A DNA stretch of 64,000 nt from an uncultured Chloroflexia bacterium. Its GTDB lineage: Bacteria > Chloroflexota > Chloroflexia > QHBQ01 > JADMIH01. Positions 29,670-38,355 of the stretch are shown here, in pieces (the first letter of the stretch is position 1; each line of letters begins with the position of its first letter). The position numbers and the translations under genes are program-made. The notes under the pieces were generated by a model. The model was given only the letters and a program-made list of their open reading frames with translations. It did not search any database and was not told the DNA's origin. The stretch is taken from positions 192,001 to 256,000 of the forward strand of contig CAWCNY010000005.1 in NCBI GenBank assembly GCA_963797095.1, read 5' to 3'.

Positions 29670-30926
29670 ATGTCCTCCGGAAAATCACGCCGACGCGCGG
29701 GAGGCAACCGCAAGGCTCGGCAACCTGCTTCCCAGCAATCCACACAACCAGGAACCTCGCCAACCATGCCCGCAGGCACAGGCGCGCCCGGAGCGCGCTC
29801 GCCGCTTGTGCTATGGGGCACAACCATACTTATCGTGCTGGCGATTGCGTTCGTAGCCTTTCTCTTCGTCGCGCAGATAGTCCTGCGGCCACAGGACCCC
29901 ACCCCCACACCCACCGCCGGTTCAAACACAAACCAAACTTCCGGCGCGTCAACTTCTGCGAGCCGCATTGCCTTCGTGCGCGTACCTGCTGATGGCGGCC
30001 CGCGCAATCTGTACGTGGTGAACGCCGACGGCACCAACCAGCAGCAGGTAACCGAAGGCTACGACATCAACGGCACGCCAGCCTGGTCGCCCGACGGCAA
30101 AAGCATCCTTATCCAGACCGACATCGACAAAGTAACCACCATAGTTCGTCTGACAATTGGCCCCGACAATAAGATGGCCGACTCGGCCCAACTTACGGCA
30201 GACATAAAGGCCGATAGCGTGCTTGCCACGTGGTCACCTGATGGCAGCATGATCGCCTTCCAATCGAAGCAGGATGGCCCCCTTTCTCAGATATACGTCA
30301 TGAATACCGACGGCAGCAACAAGCGCCGCGTGTCCGACGGCAACGGCTTCGCCGGGCAACCGGCCTGGTCTCCCGACAGCAAGATGGTCACTTACGTCTC
30401 GGGCGCAGAGCAGGTTGCCGGGGCCGAGCGCGAGGTCTACATCGCTCCTGTAGATGGTGGAACGCCAACTCAGGTCTCAAGCATCGGCGGGAGTCTCACC
30501 AACCCTATCTGGTCGCCCGACGGCAAGACAATCGCGTGCTTACAGGTACTTGGCGACCGTGATTACAAGCTTCTCTTGATGAACACCGACGGCGCTAACC
30601 TGCGCACCCTCGATGAAGGCCTGGTTATACGCGCGCCGAGCTTTTCGCCGGCTGGCGATGCCATAGTTTACTATACGGTCAGCGACGTGAACAACAACAT
30701 CAACATCTACGACCTGACCACCGACCGCAACCTGAGCGTAACCAAGAGCCAGGGTGATAATTACAATCCTGTCTGGTCGCCTGACGGCAGCATGATCGCA
30801 TGGGCAAGCACGCCTGGCAATTCACCTCACAAGATCGCGATTGCAAACCGAGATGGGACCAACCGCCAGACGGTATCGAGCGGCGATGGCGACGATTCCC
30901 AGGTAGCGTGGGGCGTTGTGAAGTAG
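29670..30926 (+). CDS. Membrane-anchored TolB-like (PD40 repeat) beta-propeller protein
   Basis: One TM helix followed by about six (P.)WSPDG..I repeats. Confidence 0.88.
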   Translation: MSSGKSRRRAGGNRKARQPASQQSTQPGTSPTMPAGTGAPGARSPLVLWGTTILIVLAIAFVAFLFVAQIVLRPQDPTPTPTAGSNTNQTSGASTSASRIAFVRVPADGGPRNLYVVNADGTNQQQVTEGYDINGTPAWSPDGKSILIQTDIDKVTTIVRLTIGPDNKMADSAQLTADIKADSVLATWSPDGSMIAFQSKQDGPLSQIYVMNTDGSNKRRVSDGNGFAGQPAWSPDSKMVTYVSGAEQVAGAEREVYIAPVDGGTPTQVSSIGGSLTNPIWSPDGKTIACLQVLGDRDYKLLLMNTDGANLRTLDEGLVIRAPSFSPAGDAIVYYTVSDVNNNINIYDLTTDRNLSVTKSQGDNYNPVWSPDGSMIAWASTPGNSPHKIAIANRDGTNRQTVSSGDGDDSQVAWGVVK

Positions 30927-30954
30927 GGTCTTCCACATTACCAACGAGACAAGA

Positions 30955-32436
30955 ATGCACAAACCCGGAGCACTCTACACAATATATCTGGCTCTACTTG
31001 CGCTTATCATCCTGGTCGCGCTTGCAGCCTGCGACGCGGCGGGCATCCCCCAATCTGGCACGCCGGAAACCGCTTCAACCTCGACCCCTAAAACGGTTGC
31101 CATCGCAGAGCCAACATCTACGGAGAGTCGCCCGGCACCTGAGCCGACCAACACTTCTGTCGTCGGAGGCTCGTCCCAACACCAGCCTACCGCGACGAGC
31201 CCCCGCGCCACCTTTACAGCAGTTGAGCCTACAGAGGAACCAACCGCCGAGCCTGCTACCCCGATCTTCAGCGGCGACGAGGCGACACCCACCATCCTAC
31301 CCGAAGATGAGCGCGTCAGCCTGTTCCAGCAGGTGTGGGACACCGTTAGCGAACACTACCTTTATCGCGACTTTAACGGACTCGATTGGAACGCGGTGCA
31401 CGACAAGTACGAGCCTATTGTCCGCAACGCCAAAACTTCTACGGAGTTCTACAAGGCCATCAGCGACATGGTCGATGAGTTGAACGATGATCACTCGCGC
31501 TTCCTGTCACCTGAGGAAAGGCAGGAGGAAGACGACCTTCAGAGCGGCAACGCCAACTATGTGGGGGTAGGCATCGTTTCGGCACCGGCCGATAAGTCGG
31601 TGATGGTGGTCTTCGTCTTTCCGGGAAGCCCGGCAGGCAAGGCCGGCATAATACGACGCGACCGCATCATGGCAGTGGATGGTAGGCCGATTGAGGACCC
31701 GCAAAACATAGCGGACATGATCAGGGGTGAGGAGGGCACGACTGTCAACCTCACGATCCGCTCGCCTGGACAGGACGAGCGAGTGGTACCTGTCGTGCGC
31801 GGCAGAATCACCGGAGCAATTGTACCCTCAAGCTCGCGCCTGGAACGAGACCCATCAATCGGCTACCTGATCATCCCCGACCTGTGGACCGACGACATGG
31901 GCGACCGGGTCGAGAACGAGCTTGACAGCCTCCTCACAGGAAGCCCTGACCTCAAGGGGCTGGTGGTGGATCTGCGCGGTAACGGTGGCGGCTTCCGCAG
32001 CGTGCTGGAACAAATCCTGGGTGACTTTGTGTCGGGACAGGTTGGCTCATTCTTCGACAGCAAAGCCTCGTACCCGTTCAAAATCACTGCCGGGCCTATG
32101 CTGGACAGGCTGAAGGACGTGCCCGTAGTGATCCTGGTGGACGGAGGCTCCGAAAGCTACGCTGAGGTCCTGGCCGCATCTATTCAGGAGAAGGGTCGCG
32201 CCCAGGTGGTGGGGGTCCACAGCGCGGGCAACACAGAAACCATCTACCAGTACAATTTCGACGACGGTTCGCGACTGTGGTGTGCCCAGGAGGGTTTCAA
32301 GCTGCTTGACGGCACCAACCTGGAAGGACGCGGCGTCATCCCCGACTTCGTGATACAGGACGACTGGACGAATTACCCTGAGCGAGACGATCCCGATATC
32401 GTCAAAGCCATAGAGTTGCTTACCCACCCCACGTGA
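30955..32436 (+). CDS. S41 family PDZ peptidase, lipoprotein
   Basis: Lipobox LAAC, PT linker, L.DDHSRF, PDZ (PGSPAGKAGI..RD.I), DLRGNGGG, SESYAE and EGRGVIPD. Confidence 0.88.
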   Translation: MHKPGALYTIYLALLALIILVALAACDAAGIPQSGTPETASTSTPKTVAIAEPTSTESRPAPEPTNTSVVGGSSQHQPTATSPRATFTAVEPTEEPTAEPATPIFSGDEATPTILPEDERVSLFQQVWDTVSEHYLYRDFNGLDWNAVHDKYEPIVRNAKTSTEFYKAISDMVDELNDDHSRFLSPEERQEEDDLQSGNANYVGVGIVSAPADKSVMVVFVFPGSPAGKAGIIRRDRIMAVDGRPIEDPQNIADMIRGEEGTTVNLTIRSPGQDERVVPVVRGRITGAIVPSSSRLERDPSIGYLIIPDLWTDDMGDRVENELDSLLTGSPDLKGLVVDLRGNGGGFRSVLEQILGDFVSGQVGSFFDSKASYPFKITAGPMLDRLKDVPVVILVDGGSESYAEVLAASIQEKGRAQVVGVHSAGNTETIYQYNFDDGSRLWCAQEGFKLLDGTNLEGRGVIPDFVIQDDWTNYPERDDPDIVKAIELLTHPT

Positions 32437-32498
32437 AACGTGTCGCGATCATTGGTCCGGGCGGCGCGGACAAGTCAGCATTGCCCGCAGGGAGCAAC

Positions 32499-33263
32499 AT
32501 GCGCCAAAACTATCCCATTCTTGAATTCAGCGCCCAGCCTGAGGGATTGATTGAGCCGAAGCGCCTCATCAAGCCGATCGAGGTGCCGGAGCGTGCGGTG
32601 GCCTGCTTCTTCCAGGATGTGATCACCCGCCTCTCGCAAGAGCACAAGGCCGAGGTTGTTACCCACCTGCGAAGCGAAATGGGCACGAACCCGGTATACC
32701 GCCTCGAATGGAACGGCAAGCCTCTTACTGTATTTCACCCCGGCGTGGGCGCGCCTCTTGCCGCCGGTTTCCTGGAAGAAGTGATCGCCCTCGGTTGCAA
32801 CAAATTCGTGGCCTGCGGCGGCTGTGGGGTGCTCGATAGCAAGCTGACGGTCGGGCACGTTATCGTTCCAACTTCTGCGGTCCGTGACGAAGGAACCTCG
32901 TATCACTACTTGCCGCCGGGGCGCGAAGTTTCGGCCTCGAAAGAGGCGCTAACCGCCGTTATGCAGACCCTCGACGCCAACGCGATACCGTACACGGCGG
33001 GCAAGACCTGGACGACCGATGCCATCTATCGCGAAACACCCGAAAAGATCGCACTCAGGCGCTCGGAGGGCTGCATCTCGGTGGAGATGGAGGCTGCTGC
33101 CTTCTTCGCGGTGGCGCAGTTTCGCGGCGTGCAGATGGCCCAGATGCTCTACGGCGGCGACGATGTCGGCGGCGAGACCTGGGATAGTAGACACTGGGTC
33201 AGCCACACTTCCGTTCGCGAAAAGCTATTCTGGCTAGCCGCCGAAGCGTGCCTTTCACTGTAA
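32499..33263 (+). CDS. Nucleoside phosphorylase (PNP/UDP family)
   Basis: Motifs GVGAP, AVRDEGTSYHY, WTTDAIYRET and VEMEAAA; RBS GGGAG before ATG 32499. Confidence 0.88.
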   Translation: MRQNYPILEFSAQPEGLIEPKRLIKPIEVPERAVACFFQDVITRLSQEHKAEVVTHLRSEMGTNPVYRLEWNGKPLTVFHPGVGAPLAAGFLEEVIALGCNKFVACGGCGVLDSKLTVGHVIVPTSAVRDEGTSYHYLPPGREVSASKEALTAVMQTLDANAIPYTAGKTWTTDAIYRETPEKIALRRSEGCISVEMEAAAFFAVAQFRGVQMAQMLYGGDDVGGETWDSRHWVSHTSVREKLFWLAAEACLSL

Positions 33264-33267
33264 GCCT

Positions 33268-33909
33268 GTGCAAGAGTACTACAATCGCCGCGCCCGCGAG
33301 TACGAGGCCATCTACGCCACTGACGATCCGACGCGCCGCGCCGAACTGGCAGCCATTGCGGCCCAGGTGGCGTCTCTGCTGGCCGGCAGGCGGGTCTTTG
33401 AAGTTGCCTGCGGAACCGGCTACTGGACAACTATCATAGCTAAGGCCGCCTCCAATGTGACCGCCACCGACGCTTCCAAGGAAATGCTTGAGATCGCAAG
33501 CTCAAAGGCTCTTCCGCCCAACCGCGTTACCTTCCTTACCGCCGATGCTTACGACCTCGCGAGTGTACCGGGCAAGTTCGATGCAGCGCTCGCCAACTTC
33601 TGGCTTTCGCACGTGCCGCGCGCCCGCATCGACGAGTTTCTCACAGGTCTGGGTGCCAGGCTAGAGCCAGGCTCGGTAGTGTTTATGGCCGACAATATGT
33701 ATATGCCCGGCGTCGGTGGCGAATTAGTGAGCACGCCCGGCCACCCCGACACATTCAAGCTCCGCACCCTTGCGGATGGCTCGCAACATCTTGTGCTGAA
33801 GAATTACTACGACGAAGGTCAATTGCGTACTCTCCTCAACTCTTATGCGTCCGATCTTCGGGTCCATATGGGCACTGCCTACTGGTGGTGTTCCTACAGC
33901 AAACCATGA
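33268..33909 (+). CDS. Class I SAM-dependent methyltransferase
   Basis: Motifs EVACGTGYWT, TDAS.EML and FWLSHVP. Confidence 0.87.
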   Translation: MQEYYNRRAREYEAIYATDDPTRRAELAAIAAQVASLLAGRRVFEVACGTGYWTTIIAKAASNVTATDASKEMLEIASSKALPPNRVTFLTADAYDLASVPGKFDAALANFWLSHVPRARIDEFLTGLGARLEPGSVVFMADNMYMPGVGGELVSTPGHPDTFKLRTLADGSQHLVLKNYYDEGQLRTLLNSYASDLRVHMGTAYWWCSYSKP

Positions 33910-34484
33910 AAGAGCGCGTTGTTGTGATCATCACCGGGCTACCGAGCACCGGTAAGACTCATCTAGGGCGCGAGGTGGCGAGCAGGCTTGACCTGCCGTT
34001 CATCAACAAGGATGCCATCAAGGAAACGCTCTTCAACGAACTTGGCTGGAGCGACCGCGAGTGGTCGCGCAAACTTGGCTCTACCACCTATGGCATACTT
34101 TATTACCTCCTTGATGCGCTGATGCCTCCCGGCGTGTCGCTGGTAGTCGAGAGCAACTTCGAGGCCGACAAAGCCGGTCCTGAACTCGCGCAACGGATCG
34201 CCAGGCATGGCTACCGTGTTGTGCAGGTGTTGTGTAAGACCGACGGCCCGACGCTGGTGGAAAGGTTCAAAGAACGAAGCGAATCGGGAGAAAGGCACCC
34301 GGGCCACGTGGACAGCCTTGCCGAACTGACACCGAAGTTGTTGAAAGGCCGGATCGAACCGGTCGCGCTGCCCGGACCGCTGATTGAGGTAGATACAACC
34401 GACTTCGATATGATAGACTACGACACACTTGTAGACTCGATTCGCGATGGCCTCGGCAGCCAGAAAGGTGATGTACAGGAATGA
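33906..34484 (+). CDS. P-loop kinase (AAA_33-like)
   Basis: Motifs ITGLPSTGKT, KDAIKE and RHPGH; the ATG overlaps the upstream stop. Confidence 0.82.
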   Translation: MKERVVVIITGLPSTGKTHLGREVASRLDLPFINKDAIKETLFNELGWSDREWSRKLGSTTYGILYYLLDALMPPGVSLVVESNFEADKAGPELAQRIARHGYRVVQVLCKTDGPTLVERFKERSESGERHPGHVDSLAELTPKLLKGRIEPVALPGPLIEVDTTDFDMIDYDTLVDSIRDGLGSQKGDVQE

Positions 34485-34825
34485 ACCCTTTAGAAAGCGT
34501 GCCGCAGATGGACGTTCAAACCACCCACGATATGTGGCAGGTGGACGAGATCGCCTTACTGGACGTGCGCGAGCAGTCGGAGTGGGACCTCGGCCACGTT
34601 GACGGTATCAGCCTTATCCCGTTGGGCCAGCTGCCGATGCGCTGGCGCGAGCTAGACCCCGACAAGAAGTGGGTAATCGTTTGCCGTAGCGGCAACCGCA
34701 GCAACTATGCCGCCGCTCTCCTCAGGCAGGCGGGGCTCGATGCGGTCAACATGTGGGGCGGCATGCTGGATTGGAAAGCCGCAGGACTACCCATAACCCC
34801 ACCGGGGATAGTCGAGGAACATTGA
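34481..34825 (+). CDS. Rhodanese-like domain protein
   Basis: Motifs LLDVRE..EW..GH, active loop CRSGNRS and GGMLDW. Confidence 0.9.
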   Translation: MNPLESVPQMDVQTTHDMWQVDEIALLDVREQSEWDLGHVDGISLIPLGQLPMRWRELDPDKKWVIVCRSGNRSNYAAALLRQAGLDAVNMWGGMLDWKAAGLPITPPGIVEEH

Positions 34826-35124
34826 TCTGCCTGAGCGAGGCTAATAGCTGTACTTACGGCTGTTGTTGCCCGATTTTTTCGGAAGCGATCGGTACGTGTC
34901 TTATTCTCCCCCCATATATTAAAGGACTTTGGCGGGCCTAAACTGGACAGGTTTTGGAGTGTACTTTAGTACGGTCTTTATTGTGGGAACAAACAGATAG
35001 CTATGCGAATAACCATAATTTTTGGGCTGTGAGATGCTATAATTGAGCCATACGACGCGCAACCGTTAGCCCCACTTTTCGTCATACTTGTGACAACGGT
35101 ATAGCGATCGATAGCTAACTGATA

Positions 35125-37014
35125 GTGAGTTTCCACATGACGCTCAGTTCCTTTCGTGCGCGCCGCTCTGGTGGCCCGCGTCTCCTCATGGCTTTAATGC
35201 TGACGTTCTCTGCCCTGGGAATATTGCTCGCGCCGATCTCGCGTGCGGGTGTAGCGCAGGCGCAGACTACCCGCGCACGAACCCCCGGAGACGGCGACCT
35301 TTTCGGGATCGTGATGCGCGATCCCTTCTACGAGTTCAACACCGACCCGGTCAACTATCCGATGCAAGCCAACAAGACGGCCCTGGAAGAGCAAGCGCAG
35401 GAGCTTGCGAACGCGGGTGTGCGCTGGGTGCGCCTGGAGTTCTTCGCCGACTATGACGGCAGCGTACCCGCAGGGGACATCAACTGGGCCAAGTACGACT
35501 ACTTCATCAACGAGTTGGCCCCCAAGTACGACCTCAAGGTGCTGGCCCTCCTGAACGTGGGGATTGTATCGTACGAGGGCCAGACAGTGCGCACAATCGC
35601 GTTCAACGACCCACCGGACGGTGCGGGCGCAGATCCCAACGACGGCTCCAACCACTTCATCCGCGTGTTCCGCGACCGAGCCGCGCAGGTAGCAGCACAT
35701 TACGGGCATGCGATCAGCGCCTACGAGATCGTCAACGAACCGAACATTAGCTGGGATCTGTGGCAGGACAGCCACTATATTGAGGCCGAGATCAAATCTG
35801 AAAGATATGCAGCGCTGCTGTCGAGCGCCTACGAAGCGATCAAGACCGTGGACCCCGACGCGCAGGTGATCACAGGCGGGATCATGATCGGCTCGCCACC
35901 CGAAGAACAAGATCGCAATGAGTTTGACTACCTGTACGAGCTATATACATCCAAGTGGGTGGCCCGATATAAGTTGGATGGTGGGCCAAACAAACCCGGC
36001 TGGAACGTCGTGCCCTGGGACGGGGTGGCCCTGCACCCCTACTGGATGGACGCGCCAACGCTTTTTGCGCTGATCAACGACTTCTCACGCAAGCTGCGCG
36101 ACCGCCAGGACTTCAAGAGCAGGCTGTGGATCACCGAGGTGGGCGCGCCGGCCGATCCGCCTACTGGGCAGACCGACAAGCCGTCACAGCAGGAGATCGA
36201 CCAGGCGTACTACCTGCGCGCCATCTACGGCGGCATCCTGGACAGCGACGAATTGAGCGCCAACGTCGCGCACGTCTTCTGGTTCAAGTACGAGGACTTT
36301 GTGCCCGGAGACTACACCCACAACTACGGGCTGGTGCGCCTTGAGGAGAACGCCACCCATGACGACTACGCACCTTCGGGCAAGGTGTGGGTGCACAAAC
36401 TGGCATTCAAGGCATACCAGGAGCTTGCGCTCGGCTACAGCATCACCGACCCCGTGGCGGAAGCGGATGCCCGCGCCCAGAACTTCTTCTACTTCGATGC
36501 TACCCACCAGGCCATCGCGCCTCAGTTCGCCGAATACTGGATCGAGAAGGGGGGGTTAGAGCGCTTCGGCTATCCCATATCGCGCCCCGTGACGATTAAA
36601 GGCGTACTCAGCCAGTTCTTCCAACGCGCGGTGTTCGAGTACCACCCGGAATACGCGCGCACCCCTAACGAGGTGCTACTGCGTCTGGTTGGCAGCGAGC
36701 TTGCCGTTGGGCGCAATTTCGCTCCCGCCGACAAATCGGTGCTCTCCAGCGACGGAATGTTCTTCCCCGAAACCGGGCACACACTGAAAGACCCATTCCT
36801 CACATTCTGGAATGAGCGCGGCGGCCTTGCTGTGTACGGCTACCCGATCTCCGAGCAGCTTTCGGAACAGGCACCTGACGGCCATATCTACACCGTCCAA
36901 TATTTCGAGCGTAACCGCCTGGAGTACCACCCCGAAGCAGCGGGCACACCCTACGAAGTACAGCTTGGCCTGCTTGGCGCGGCCCTCCTGAAAGAGGACC
37001 TCTGGTGGCGCTAG
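35125..37014 (+). CDS. Secreted clan GH-A glycoside hydrolase-like protein with Chloroflexota-type surface repeats
   Basis: Signal peptide, acid/base motif VNEPN, nucleophile motif WITEVG and two C-terminal FGYPIS...QYFER repeats. The exact start is uncertain. Confidence 0.8.
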   Translation: MSFHMTLSSFRARRSGGPRLLMALMLTFSALGILLAPISRAGVAQAQTTRARTPGDGDLFGIVMRDPFYEFNTDPVNYPMQANKTALEEQAQELANAGVRWVRLEFFADYDGSVPAGDINWAKYDYFINELAPKYDLKVLALLNVGIVSYEGQTVRTIAFNDPPDGAGADPNDGSNHFIRVFRDRAAQVAAHYGHAISAYEIVNEPNISWDLWQDSHYIEAEIKSERYAALLSSAYEAIKTVDPDAQVITGGIMIGSPPEEQDRNEFDYLYELYTSKWVARYKLDGGPNKPGWNVVPWDGVALHPYWMDAPTLFALINDFSRKLRDRQDFKSRLWITEVGAPADPPTGQTDKPSQQEIDQAYYLRAIYGGILDSDELSANVAHVFWFKYEDFVPGDYTHNYGLVRLEENATHDDYAPSGKVWVHKLAFKAYQELALGYSITDPVAEADARAQNFFYFDATHQAIAPQFAEYWIEKGGLERFGYPISRPVTIKGVLSQFFQRAVFEYHPEYARTPNEVLLRLVGSELAVGRNFAPADKSVLSSDGMFFPETGHTLKDPFLTFWNERGGLAVYGYPISEQLSEQAPDGHIYTVQYFERNRLEYHPEAAGTPYEVQLGLLGAALLKEDLWWR

Positions 37015-38291
37015 TAGTGCGTCAAGCGGCATCTGATAGGTTCTCGGATTGAAGTGAGGCTTGCACTTGGATGGTTGGATACAGCTTCTTCAGTTTGATA
37101 CGCGCATCAGCTGTCGTGAAGCGCCATTCCACTGTCGCCTTGGCGTTGTTGCGCTCCTCTACCCAGCCGCTCGTTTCCATCCCCAACCGCTCTTGGTCTG
37201 CTATTCGCCGGTCCAAACACTGCTTGCTAAGCACCGATAGCTCGATCTCCGCCATGTTCAACCAACTACCATGCTTGGGTGTGTAGTGGACCTCCAACCT
37301 GTTGATGATCCGCCTCGCCTCTTCGGGCTCAAACACTTCATAAAGTGCGGATAGGTCATGCGTATTCAGATTGTCCATCACCAACCGGATCAAAACGGCA
37401 TCTGGGAAGTAGGGGTCCACCAACTCACGCATACAGTAGGCAAAGTCCACTTTGGTGCGATGCTCCGTTACCACTACCTCTCGCCAGTTCTCAAGACGAG
37501 CAAATAACATGAACAGGTTGCTCACACCGTTACGCACATACTCGTAGTCCACCCTCGCTGGCAGGCCGGGTGCTACCGGTAGGGGAGTGTGGCTCTCCCC
37601 GATTAGCTGCTTGCTCGTTTCATCGAGGCACACCAGCGGGTATTCAGGATCATAGGGAGCAGTGTACAAATCGAGCACATCTTCCATATGGTAGACAAAG
37701 TCGGCATCGGCCTGTGGTGGAATACAATATTCCTCCTTCAGCCATGGCTTGATTTCGTTTTTTTCAGAACAGAGCGCACCGTCTCATGAGAGACCGCATC
37801 AACATAGCCAAGTACTGCCAATCTGTCGGCCAGCAAGCGCAACGACCAGTGCTCTCGCCCGGTGGGTGGAGAGGAGCAGGCCAGGGCGAGCAGGTGAGCT
37901 TCCACTTCCCCATCCAGCTTGCGCTCTCGCCAGCCGGTCGGTCGGCGCTGATGCAAGGCTGCATCCAACCCTTCTTCAACGAAGCGCTGACGGACACGAT
38001 GAATGGTTTGGCTACCGACATCGTGAGCATCTTGGATAGCCTCATCGGTCCAAGCGGGGCCCTGTGGACCGCAACCAGCTTTGAGCAAGATCTGGGCATG
38101 GGTACGCACGCGACCAGGAGCGGTGCCAGTGCGGACCAGTTTGTCAAGTTCAATGCGCTCATCAGCAGTCAGAGTTACAATGTATTTAGCGGGCTTCGGA
38201 TCGGGTACCTCCAATCAACAGATCTTGAAACCATCAGTTGTTGGATTCTACCCGATCCATGCCTGTTTACCACTTCCCATTTGACGCACTA
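37015..38291 (-). mobile_element. Complete IS630-family insertion sequence
   Basis: Inverted termini TAGTGCGTCAA/TTGACGCACTA, each flanked by CTAG (37011-37014 and 38292-38295), enclose a split DDE transposase. Confidence 0.92.
37022..38214 (-). CDS. IS630 transposase; OrfA (HTH) and OrfB (DDE) joined by a -1 frameshift
   Basis: OrfA has GREHWSLRLLA and SHETVR..LKK. The slippery site A-AAA-AAC (T7 at 37758-37764) leads into NEIKPWLKEEYCIPP. OrfB has CLDE, MDNLNTH and TPKHGSWLNMAEIE. Confidence 0.88.
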
Positions 38292-38302
38292 CTAGCTTAG
38301 AC

Positions 38303-38335
38303 AAAACAAAACGTCTGCTCAACTGGCAGACGTTT
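38303..38335. terminator. Intrinsic terminator, probably bidirectional
   Basis: 10-bp stem AAACGTCTGC/GCAGACGTTT with an A tract, between convergent genes. Confidence 0.7.
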
Positions 38336-38355
38336 AGTTCGTGCGCGGGTTTCCG

